Part shown: positions 53,062 through 61,820 of the stretch, in pieces
How the letters are laid out: each line of letters starts with the position of its first letter
Position numbering within the stretch: position 1 is the stretch's first letter
From: a bacterium
GTDB taxonomy: Bacteria; Patescibacteriota; Saccharimonadia; Saccharimonadales; DATKHC01
NCBI GenBank assembly: GCA_021781215.1
Contig: JAJXXC010000002.1
Location: 83,371 to 147,370 of the forward strand
Direction of reading: 5' to 3'
DNA: 64,000 nt
Notes under the pieces: generated by a model
The model's database searches: none
Told to the model about the DNA's origin: nothing
The model's input: the letters and a program-made list of their open reading frames with translations, nothing else
Made by a program: the position numbers and the translations under genes

Positions 53062-55281
53062 ATGGTAAGGAATAAAATAAAAATATGGGCATTTTTAAAA
53101 GTTGCCCTGATCGTTATGTCTCTGTCGAGTTTACTTATCATGTCCTCGCCAGTAAGTGCCTCGGCGCTTAGTTTGAGTAATAATACAGTTGCGACATCTG
53201 CCGCCCCCGGAATTAATTGTAGCGTCGATTTTAACCCGACTACCTGGCTTATCTGTCCTTTAATTTCTGGTATGTCTGCGGTTGTTGAAGGTTTTGACAG
53301 CTACATAACATCGGCACTAACAATCGATCCTTGTGTTTATTTTAATGCAAGTACCGCCCCCGATCCATCATGCAGCAAACAGTCCTCTAACACACCAGCC
53401 TCGAGCCAAAGTAATATTACTAGTACTGGTTTTTACACAGCCTGGTCTTCATTTAGAGACATAGCGCTGGGTCTAATGGTAATTGGGGCTCTTATAATGG
53501 TAATCTCGCAGATTGTTGGATTTGAGCTACTTGACGCCTATACAATTAGAAAAGTCCTACCAAGAATAATAATTGCCGCGATTGGCATATCGCTCTCTTG
53601 GCAATTGATGCAATTTTTAATTCAATTTTCTAACGATTTGGGTAATGGGATTAGTTACTTAATCTATCACCCATTCACAACCGGGGCAAACTCAATAAGT
53701 AACAAAGGTGTTGTTATTACTAATGGTGTTAGTTCGGCTGGAGCTATTTTGAGCTTTGCAGCTATTACCACCCTAGGGATTATGGCTACATTATCTTTTG
53801 TCCTAGTTGCTTTAGTTGCTGCATTTTTAGGCTTTGCAGTAGTTGTATTGAGACAGATTTTAATTATCTTTTTAGCTCTATTATCTCCAATTGCTATCGC
53901 TATGTTCATCTTGCCAGGAACTTCAAAAGTTTGGAAGTTGTGGTGGAACACCTTTTTTAAAGCCTTGCTAATGTTTCCTTTAATTATCGGCATGATAGCT
54001 ATTGGCAGAGTTTTTGCAGCAATCAGTAGCCAAAACGGTGGAAGTATTGGCCAATTCATTGCCTTTATAGCATACTTTGGCCCATATTTTATTATCCCTC
54101 AAACTTTTAAATTTGCCGGTGGAATCCTTAGCGCCGCCGGTGGAGCTGCAAGCAGAACAAATAAAGCATTTGGGAAAGCTGCAGGTGAATATCGAGGAAG
54201 GGAGCGAAAACGACTTGCAGAATTGGGGGCAAGAGGAGAACGTTTTAGGCACGGTAAACAAACCGGTTTTAGCGGCTTTTTAAACAGGAGAACTATCGGA
54301 ATATCATCTGGGGTCGGAGGACGATTCGGTATTGGCGAAAGAGGAGCTAGTAAAATTGAACAGATACAAAAAGACAGAGACGTAGCAAATCTATCCGAAA
54401 ATAAAAGTCTAATGAACTTAGCCCAAACAAGTAGTGAAGGAATAGCTATATTAGCCGCCTCTGGGGGGACTGTTCAAGGCGCAAGACAGGCGAGGAATCG
54501 ACTAAAGAGCCTGATGGTAGAGAATGATGTAGCGGATAAAATTGCTAAAAAACCCGGGGCTACAAGCGACGATATAGCAGTATTTAGAACAAATGCGGAA
54601 GCAAGTGCAGAGGCTGCTACACAGAGTGGTTTTTTGCAAGCGCAAGCAGTTGGCTTCACGACCTCAAACTCAAGAGGTGCGTTTAATGCGGCTGCGGCTA
54701 ATAAGTGGCGGGCTCTGGGGCCAATAGGTGCAAATGACTTTATAGACGAAGGGCTTAGTAGAGCTTACAGCAATAGCGATACCCTAAAAGCAGAGGCTGC
54801 CCAAACTCAAGCGTATAATGCCAGAAAGAGCGGTAGAACCGATATAGGTGGCGTAGACAAAACAACTGGTAAAACGAGTGCGTCTGACGGCTTCGCTAAG
54901 GCTGGCGCTCACGCAGTTGCCAGAGATTACGGTGACTCACTAAAATCTCAAGTTAATCGACTTCTTAGGGATCTAGGTGGAAGCAATGCTAAAGACTCAA
55001 TAGATGCCGCAGCACAGCTTGCTGCCCTAAGGGGGGCTATGGGGCCAGACCTACCTCTATCTAATCAAATAATAATTAATGATGCCCTTGAAAAAGCAGG
55101 CGTTAATTTAGGTTCTGATGAAGATGTAGCTACACAACTCGGAGCGTTGGTCGCAAGCAAAAGCCCAACACCAACAACCTCAAAAGAGATGGCCAACATT
55201 ATTCGTCACCGAATTGGAGCATATGTTGGGCCTCCTATGGGTGGAATGGGTGGTCAACCTCCAATAGCTCCAGAAGAATAG
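53062..55281 (+). CDS. VirB6/TrbL-like polytopic T4SS membrane protein with a long Ala/Gly-rich C-terminal domain
   Basis: Signal peptide (PVSASA), then about 6-7 TM helices between residues 130-360, then a ~370-aa hydrophilic tail. The position next to PrgI-like and VirB4 genes supports the call. Confidence 0.55.
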   Translation: MVRNKIKIWAFLKVALIVMSLSSLLIMSSPVSASALSLSNNTVATSAAPGINCSVDFNPTTWLICPLISGMSAVVEGFDSYITSALTIDPCVYFNASTAPDPSCSKQSSNTPASSQSNITSTGFYTAWSSFRDIALGLMVIGALIMVISQIVGFELLDAYTIRKVLPRIIIAAIGISLSWQLMQFLIQFSNDLGNGISYLIYHPFTTGANSISNKGVVITNGVSSAGAILSFAAITTLGIMATLSFVLVALVAAFLGFAVVVLRQILIIFLALLSPIAIAMFILPGTSKVWKLWWNTFFKALLMFPLIIGMIAIGRVFAAISSQNGGSIGQFIAFIAYFGPYFIIPQTFKFAGGILSAAGGAASRTNKAFGKAAGEYRGRERKRLAELGARGERFRHGKQTGFSGFLNRRTIGISSGVGGRFGIGERGASKIEQIQKDRDVANLSENKSLMNLAQTSSEGIAILAASGGTVQGARQARNRLKSLMVENDVADKIAKKPGATSDDIAVFRTNAEASAEAATQSGFLQAQAVGFTTSNSRGAFNAAAANKWRALGPIGANDFIDEGLSRAYSNSDTLKAEAAQTQAYNARKSGRTDIGGVDKTTGKTSASDGFAKAGAHAVARDYGDSLKSQVNRLLRDLGGSNAKDSIDAAAQLAALRGAMGPDLPLSNQIIINDALEKAGVNLGSDEDVATQLGALVASKSPTPTTSKEMANIIRHRIGAYVGPPMGGMGGQPPIAPEE

Positions 55282-55293
55282 ATCATCAAGGAA

Positions 55294-55320
55294 GTAATGC
55301 TTTACTAATAAAAGCATTAC
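55294..55320 (+). other. perfect 10-bp intercistronic hairpin (GTAATGCTTT-N7-AAAGCATTAC)
   Basis: It lies 13 nt after the VirB6-like stop and 18 nt before ATG 55339. No U-tract follows it. Confidence 0.5.
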
Positions 55321-55338
55321 CACTAATATTTAATAGTA

Positions 55339-56298
55339 ATGGCACAATATAAAGTAATCCAAGACATAGAGGCTGAAGATAAATTACTAGGCCCCTTAAC
55401 CCTTAAACAATTTATCTATGCAGCTATTACAATTATTCTAGGATTTATTGCCTATAAACTGGCCACAATATCGCCTTATGTAATAATTCTATTTTTGCCT
55501 GAAATGCTTTTTTTTGGGCTATTGGCTGCGCCTTTTGGGATTGATCAGCCTAACGAAATCTGGCTACTTGCTAAAATTAGATTTTATTTAAAGCCTCAGA
55601 TTAGAAAATGGGATCAAGATGGAATTGGGGGGCTAGTTACCGTTACTGCACCCAAAAAAATTGAAAAAAAATTAACTAAAGACTTTACGGCTACCGAAGC
55701 AAGAGGCAGACTAGAATCTTTAGCCAAAACACTGGATGCTGGTGGCTGGGTTAGGACCAGCCCCGGATCAGCTCTATTTAAAATAGGCTTCGGGAAGCCT
55801 TCGGAAGATAGATTGGTCGATCTAGGCTCGATAGCATCAGATCAACCAACCCCAGACATAATAGACCAAGACGATATTTTTGATGACAGTAATCTTCAGG
55901 TTCGTCACATAAGTTCGGTTATGGCTCAAAATGAAAAGAAAATTAAGGACTACCAAAAAAACCTAGTAAGCCCTACCGTAGCACCGGTACTATCATCAGA
56001 CGAGGCATCTGTCCCTAGGCCCGTAGAAAACTTTCAGTCGCCGAGAAACTATATAGCAGAAACACCGGTGCAGCCAGCCTTCAGCCCGATTGAATCACAA
56101 TTTAAGCCAAAAAATAATATTCCCACAAATCCGTTACAAAACATAGTGGCTTCAAACTATCAATCTCCGATGACAAGTCAACCCGATAATGCTAAAATTA
56201 ATGTACTTGCTAGAGACAATAATCGTTCTATCGCCTCTCTAAAACGTGAATTTAGTGGTGGGGATGATTCTGGTGAAGTGGTAATATCGCTCCACTAG
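55339..56298 (+). CDS. PrgI-family (VirB3-like) T4SS membrane protein with extended C-terminus
   Basis: MAQYKVIQDIEAEDKLLGPLTLKQFIYAAITIILGFIAYKLA plus a second TM segment matches the PrgI family start pattern as I recall it. Confidence 0.55.
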   Translation: MAQYKVIQDIEAEDKLLGPLTLKQFIYAAITIILGFIAYKLATISPYVIILFLPEMLFFGLLAAPFGIDQPNEIWLLAKIRFYLKPQIRKWDQDGIGGLVTVTAPKKIEKKLTKDFTATEARGRLESLAKTLDAGGWVRTSPGSALFKIGFGKPSEDRLVDLGSIASDQPTPDIIDQDDIFDDSNLQVRHISSVMAQNEKKIKDYQKNLVSPTVAPVLSSDEASVPRPVENFQSPRNYIAETPVQPAFSPIESQFKPKNNIPTNPLQNIVASNYQSPMTSQPDNAKINVLARDNNRSIASLKREFSGGDDSGEVVISLH

Positions 56299-56330
56299 TA
56301 GCATTAATAAATCATAAATTACAAATTTTC

Positions 56331-57185
56331 ATGGATCCAAATATAAATAATTCAATTGACCCAAATAGTTACCAGAAATTTGGCGAATCATATAATCAGC
56401 AATCAGTTGCTCCAGCTCCTCCTTTAAGTTCTCAAAAATCTCAATCCAGAAAAAGTAATCCTAGCAGTGCTCAAAATAGTTTACAGATTGCTGAAATAAG
56501 GGATGGTCTAGTAATAATGAAGGATGGCTCGTTCAGGTCTGTTGTTATGGTTAAGGCAATCAACTTTGATTTAATGAGTGGCGAAGAGAGAGAAGCTGTT
56601 GAGTACGCCTATCAAGGTTTTCTTAATTCTCTTTACTTCCCAATTCAAATCTTTATTCATTCAGAGAAAATAGACATTAAGCCCTATCTAGACCTACTAC
56701 AAAAAGTCAGAGGAAACCAAGATAACATGCTACTGGCCTTGCTCATGGATGATTATATAGAGTATATGTTCGCATTGTCACAACAGGCCAATATCATGGA
56801 TAAGCAATTCTATGTTGTTGTGCCTTATTCGCCGGCCGAAGAGCTAAAGCCCGATATATCATCGAGTAAAAATTTCTTTACTGGCTTAGTGGACATATTC
56901 TCTAGCAGCAGCAGAAAAGTTACTATTGATGAGCCTTCGCTTATTAAAGCGAAGGACGAACTAAGAAATCGAGTTCAGGCGCTACTAAGCGGTTTACAGC
57001 AGTCCGGTATTCAAGGAATACCACTAGACACACAAGAACTAATTGAATTGTATTACAACACCTATAATCCAGACACTTCAGTCAGGCAGCAACTTAAAGA
57101 TTTTGATGGCTTGGCTGCACCTATCGTTACAAGGGGTGAAGGCGCTGCACCCAGTCCAATCACCATGAATGGGGCTAATAACTAA
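56331..57185 (+). CDS. stand-alone VirB4 N-terminal-domain-like protein
   Basis: IAEIRDGLVIMKDGSFRSVVMVKAINFDLMSGEEREAVEYAYQGFLNSL matches the extreme N-terminal region of Gram-positive VirB4/TraE-type ATPases. The gene ends TAA-t-ATG with the next gene. Confidence 0.5.
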   Translation: MDPNINNSIDPNSYQKFGESYNQQSVAPAPPLSSQKSQSRKSNPSSAQNSLQIAEIRDGLVIMKDGSFRSVVMVKAINFDLMSGEEREAVEYAYQGFLNSLYFPIQIFIHSEKIDIKPYLDLLQKVRGNQDNMLLALLMDDYIEYMFALSQQANIMDKQFYVVVPYSPAEELKPDISSSKNFFTGLVDIFSSSSRKVTIDEPSLIKAKDELRNRVQALLSGLQQSGIQGIPLDTQELIELYYNTYNPDTSVRQQLKDFDGLAAPIVTRGEGAAPSPITMNGANN

Positions 57186-57186
57186 T

Positions 57187-59082
57187 ATGGCATTATTTAA
57201 AAAACCCAAGCTTGATCCAGTAACCGTTGCCCAACTTCAGCAAACTGCCGAAAAACATGAAGTAGATGCAGCTTTTAACAAAGGGATTGTTGATTTACGT
57301 GACTTTATAGCACCGAGCTCACTAGAATTTAAAAGCACTTATTTCCAACTTGGTACCAAATACGCCAGATCTTACTATGTTTATGGCTACCCTAGACAAG
57401 TATTCACCGGGTGGATGAGCAGTCTAGTCAATACCGACGAGGTCTTAGACATATCAATGTATATATATCCAGTTAATGGCCGCGTTGTATTAGAAAATCT
57501 GAGAAAAAAAGTAAGTCAACTTGAAGCTGGAATTCAAATTGATAACGAAAAGGGCAAGGTTAGGGATCCCGGTAAACAGGCCGCAATACAAGACGCCGAA
57601 GAAATGCGAGACAAGTTACAGGTTGGCGAAGAACACTTCTTCCGTCTAGGTTTTTACTTCACCCTTTATGGGAACAGCATAGATGAACTCGATTTTGTAT
57701 CACATAAAATCGAGAGCCTTCTAGGTCAACAATTAATTTATTCAAAGCCGGCTAGCTCTCAACAAGAACAAACCATGAACTCAGTAATTCCTCAGTTTAC
57801 CGACCAACTTCAAATTCGTAGGAACTTTGGTACCGGTGCGCTTAGTACTAGCTTCCCATTTACTAGCGCCAACTTAAGCGATGGCAAAGGGATTCTCTAC
57901 GGAGTTAATATGCATAATTCGGGACTGGTCTTGTTTGATAGATGGAGCCTGGAGAATAGCAACTCGGTAGTGTTTGCAAAATCAGGTGCAGGGAAATCAT
58001 TTGCCGTAAAACTTGAGGCGCTGAGAAGCATGATGTTCGGAACCGAGATTTTTATTATCGATCCAGAAAATGAGTACCAGAAAATGGCTGAAGCGGTCGG
58101 TGGAGCATACATTAGACTCAGCTTAAATTCAACAGTTAGGATAAATCCATTTGATTTACCGAAAGTAATAGATAGCGAAGATGTCGATAGCGCGCTCCGT
58201 ACCAACCTAATAACTCTTCATGGGTTGTTTAGACTCATGATGGGTGGTGCGCAAGTACAACTACTGGGCGCAACAGCTGCAACCCTCCCGGCCCTAAGTC
58301 CTGTCGAAGAGTCTGACCTTGATACGGCCTTAATTCAGACCTATTCAAAAGCAGGGATAACCAACGATCCTCTAACGCACGTAAGTAAGCCTCCGACCAT
58401 ATCCGACCTCTATGACGTTTTATTGCACATGGGCGGAACAGGACCTCAGCTTGCTCAAAGACTAAGAAAATATACCACTGGAACATTTGCCGGTATTTTT
58501 TCTCAACAAAGTAACATCAACATAGATAACCCAATGGTGGTCTTCAATATTCGAGATCTTGAAGACGAGCTAAGGCCGGTGGCAATGTATATTGTTCTAA
58601 ACTATATTTGGAATAAAACTAAAACTGACCAGAGACGCAGAATGTTGATAGTAGATGAAGCCTGGCAGTTAATGAAATACGAGGATACTGCTAACTTCTT
58701 ATTTAGCGTAGCCAAACGGGCTAGAAAATATAATCTGGGAATCACTACAATAACCCAGGACGTTGAAGATTTTATTGGCTCAAGAATGGGAAGAGCCATA
58801 GTGGCTAACGCGTCGATGCAGCTACTGTTAAAACAGTCGTCGAGTGCTATAGACTTATTGGCTGATGTATTTAAGCTAACTAGCGAAGAGAAGAAAAGAC
58901 TGCCCCAATTCCCAGTTGGTCAAGGTCTATTCTTTGCTGGTCAAAATCATGTGGCAATCCAAATCATTGCTAGCGAAACTGAGACCAATCTTATATCCAC
59001 AACCCCTCCACCCCAGCTTATTGACCTTGATAAGATAAATAATCAATCTGCTAACAATGATCAAGGAACAGCACCCGTCTAA
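57187..59082 (+). CDS. virB4: VirB4-family T4SS ATPase
   Basis: FIAPSSLEFKSTYFQLGTKYARSYYVYGYPRQVFTGWMSSL (VirB4 N-domain), Walker A AKSGAGKSFA, Walker B RRMLIVDEAWQL and the ITQDVEDF motif. Confidence 0.88.
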   Translation: MALFKKPKLDPVTVAQLQQTAEKHEVDAAFNKGIVDLRDFIAPSSLEFKSTYFQLGTKYARSYYVYGYPRQVFTGWMSSLVNTDEVLDISMYIYPVNGRVVLENLRKKVSQLEAGIQIDNEKGKVRDPGKQAAIQDAEEMRDKLQVGEEHFFRLGFYFTLYGNSIDELDFVSHKIESLLGQQLIYSKPASSQQEQTMNSVIPQFTDQLQIRRNFGTGALSTSFPFTSANLSDGKGILYGVNMHNSGLVLFDRWSLENSNSVVFAKSGAGKSFAVKLEALRSMMFGTEIFIIDPENEYQKMAEAVGGAYIRLSLNSTVRINPFDLPKVIDSEDVDSALRTNLITLHGLFRLMMGGAQVQLLGATAATLPALSPVEESDLDTALIQTYSKAGITNDPLTHVSKPPTISDLYDVLLHMGGTGPQLAQRLRKYTTGTFAGIFSQQSNINIDNPMVVFNIRDLEDELRPVAMYIVLNYIWNKTKTDQRRRMLIVDEAWQLMKYEDTANFLFSVAKRARKYNLGITTITQDVEDFIGSRMGRAIVANASMQLLLKQSSSAIDLLADVFKLTSEEKKRLPQFPVGQGLFFAGQNHVAIQIIASETETNLISTTPPPQLIDLDKINNQSANNDQGTAPV

Positions 59083-59111
59083 TAAATTTGGCTTAGCCCA
59101 ACTATTATCTG

Positions 59112-59117
59112 TAAAAT
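59112..59117 (+). promoter_or_regulatory. -10-like hexamer TAAAAT, 6 nt from ATG 59124 (possible internal promoter)
   Basis: The sequence reads ctgTAAAATaagcatATG. This could be chance in AT-rich DNA. Confidence 0.3.
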
Positions 59118-59123
59118 AAGCAT

Positions 59124-61820
59124 ATGTCACTAGACTTTTTAGAAAATGGTTACCAAGATGACTCTAATACATACAGCCCACTAAACTTTGAGTCTGGAGA
59201 TCTGATCCCATCGCCCGATACTCTCAAAGAACAAGAAAATGCAGACGAGCAAGCAGAAAATAGCGAAAACTTATACAATCCCAAAAAAAGTAACAATAAG
59301 CTCTCTAAGAAGCTGTTTTCTGCTGTTAAAAAGAATAAGGCCCTCGCTTTAGCTGGAGGAGGAATTGGTGGCGGAGTGCTAGTTCTTATAGTCTTAGTGT
59401 TTATTCTGGCTCAACAATTACCAAGTTTTGCTGCTCTTTTAGCCTCTCAATCAATGGCAAGAGCTAATCGTGCGTTTGAAAATAATACAACTCAACTCAC
59501 CTCGGAAGATATAGCGCTATCAGAAGAATCTTCAGCTAACAAATCAATAATTGAATCTAGCTACAGTGACGCTAATACGGGCGGTCTTTTATCAAAATTA
59601 AAAAGCTATACACCAAGTGGGGCAATAAATAATCTTGAAGGTGCCGGGACGCTTGAATATAATTATGGAAAAGTCAGTAGTGGAGTTGGAAAGTTAATAG
59701 GAGCAAAAGAGCTTAAAAGTATAACCGTTAATACGCCGACGGGCAGTCAGGAATTTTTAGCATCAGATATAGCTCCCAGTAAATGGGATACAGTAATGCA
59801 TCCTTTGCAAACATTTAATAATCGCGCATCATCTATATCTGATTTTTCTAATGCCCTTGGTTCGGTTGATGAATCAGGCTCCGTATTGCTTAGGTTTGGT
59901 GTTTTAAAACAATTAGTATCTGACCTGGGCGGAAACCCTTTGTCGGGTATATTTAGCTCCAAATTCATAAATAAATCTGCAAACGCATCTGATATAGAAC
60001 TTGATATGGAGGCGCAGCAAGCTATAAGCCCTCCGAGCGATATTCCCGTCACACCCCTTACAGATGCCCTTAACAGTGCTGTGACCGATGCACAAAATGT
60101 TCAAAATGCTGACGCTACAAATCCAGCTGCAATCGAAAACATCATTAAAAATGGCGGAACGCAAACTGATGTTAATAACGCCATAACTAAGGCCACGTCA
60201 AGCCTAACAAATAGTAGTCTTTTGTCTAAGCTTAGCATTACTTACGCGATTGGTGTTCCGGCATGTATTATTTTTGACGGTTCGCTGCAAACTCCGAACG
60301 CAAACAAAACAATCGACAAACAAGACAGTGAGGTTGCTAGAACCTACCTGCTAGTTGAAAGTAGTGCAGCCCAAGAAAAGGCCGGTCAACTGAATGCTGC
60401 TGCTGCGGGCGCTATTAACAGAAAGCTTGGAAACATTACTCAATCAAATGTTTATTCTAAAGCTTACGGCAAATCCTTTAATACCAATAGCAATATACTA
60501 AGCCCTCAGGCGGGTGTAGATGGACAATATTCCATATTCTCCGCTCTTTTTCCACAAAAAATAGCCGGAACCATAAATCCTATAGCCAGTAAATTATGTC
60601 CTATATTAACTAGCCCCAAAGTAGCAATTGCGGTTATTGGAGCTCAGGTCCTTTCGTATATTGGAGGCATCTTTACTGGTGGGCTATCCGACGCGGTAGA
60701 AGTAAATGCCACAATAGCTGCCAAAGAGGCTGTTGATGAGGCTCTTTCGACCGGAATTTCAGATATTACATCTGGAATAACTCAGGATGTAGTATCTAGT
60801 GTTGCGGCAAACGGGTCTGCAAAACAAATAGCATCTCAAACCCTTGGAGGTATTCTAAAAGAACAAAGTGCTAAATTGTATGAATATGTTATGGGGGGTA
60901 ATTTAACAAAAACTGTCGGCACGACTGCTGGAGCTGTCGCTACAACCTACGGATTAACCATGCTCGCACAACAAGTAGTAAGACAAGACCTGGGAACTAC
61001 TTATAATGGGTATAGCCAGGGAACAGATTTTGCTAATCAGGCTGCGGCGGGAGGGAATGTGCTTGCAAATCAAACAATGCAACATCAGTATTTCGGTGCG
61101 CCATTAAGCACTCAACAGGTCGCCATCAATAATGCCAGTGACATAAAATATTTAGCAAAACAAAATAGTACGAAATCTGCTTATCAAAGGTATCTTGCAA
61201 TAGACAACCCATACTCATTAATATCAAAACTTTCTTTAAATCTATATTCCGACATAACTAGCCTCTCGCCAAAATCACTTATTCAAAAAATTGCTTCAAT
61301 GATTAATCCAACGAAGCTATTCTCTGACCTATTTTTATTATTCAGGGGCAAAACAATAGCCGCCACGCCGAACACAACAGATGAGAGTAATTATGGTATT
61401 GTTCAATGGGGATATACTGGTGCAGAAGAGGCTCTAATAAACCCAACCACAGGCGACCCAAGCTATCAGCCACTAGAAAACGCCAAAGCACTAACCCAGC
61501 AGACTGAAAAAGTATTACCGAGCGGACAAACTGTTGGTCAATACATAGATAGTACCTATAGCCCTTGTTTCAGTGACAGTATGGGAACTCTATTAACGAC
61601 TAGCCCCTCGACCGGACCAGACACTACTGATAAATACATCGTAAGAAGTTCGACCGGTGATGTCATTGGAGGATTGTGTAGTCAGAAATATCTAGGGCCT
61701 AACAGCATGGATCCCACTATTGCTCCGTACGGAAAAGACTTAATCTTTAGGTGGAGAGTTGATAGCGCCTATCAACAGTCATTAGATTTATTAAATGGGG
61801 TCCAGAATGCTAATCAATAG
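59124..61820 (+). CDS. 898-aa bitopic protein of the T4SS-like operon (acidic cytoplasmic N-terminus, TM, large A/S/G/T/N/Q-rich ectodomain)
   Basis: The TM segment is ALALAGGGIGGGVLVLIVLVFILA at about residue 75. I recognise no domain. The position between VirB4 and the wall hydrolase suggests a channel or scaffold role. Confidence 0.6.
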   Translation: MSLDFLENGYQDDSNTYSPLNFESGDLIPSPDTLKEQENADEQAENSENLYNPKKSNNKLSKKLFSAVKKNKALALAGGGIGGGVLVLIVLVFILAQQLPSFAALLASQSMARANRAFENNTTQLTSEDIALSEESSANKSIIESSYSDANTGGLLSKLKSYTPSGAINNLEGAGTLEYNYGKVSSGVGKLIGAKELKSITVNTPTGSQEFLASDIAPSKWDTVMHPLQTFNNRASSISDFSNALGSVDESGSVLLRFGVLKQLVSDLGGNPLSGIFSSKFINKSANASDIELDMEAQQAISPPSDIPVTPLTDALNSAVTDAQNVQNADATNPAAIENIIKNGGTQTDVNNAITKATSSLTNSSLLSKLSITYAIGVPACIIFDGSLQTPNANKTIDKQDSEVARTYLLVESSAAQEKAGQLNAAAAGAINRKLGNITQSNVYSKAYGKSFNTNSNILSPQAGVDGQYSIFSALFPQKIAGTINPIASKLCPILTSPKVAIAVIGAQVLSYIGGIFTGGLSDAVEVNATIAAKEAVDEALSTGISDITSGITQDVVSSVAANGSAKQIASQTLGGILKEQSAKLYEYVMGGNLTKTVGTTAGAVATTYGLTMLAQQVVRQDLGTTYNGYSQGTDFANQAAAGGNVLANQTMQHQYFGAPLSTQQVAINNASDIKYLAKQNSTKSAYQRYLAIDNPYSLISKLSLNLYSDITSLSPKSLIQKIASMINPTKLFSDLFLLFRGKTIAATPNTTDESNYGIVQWGYTGAEEALINPTTGDPSYQPLENAKALTQQTEKVLPSGQTVGQYIDSTYSPCFSDSMGTLLTTSPSTGPDTTDKYIVRSSTGDVIGGLCSQKYLGPNSMDPTIAPYGKDLIFRWRVDSAYQQSLDLLNGVQNANQ

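Noticed and set aside
57169-57186. VirB4 as a frameshifted pseudogene, or the start at 57169.
   Set aside because: The junction is a clean TAA-t-ATG stop-start and both frames are long and intact. A gene fission with translational coupling is more parsimonious. An indel error cannot be excluded without reads.
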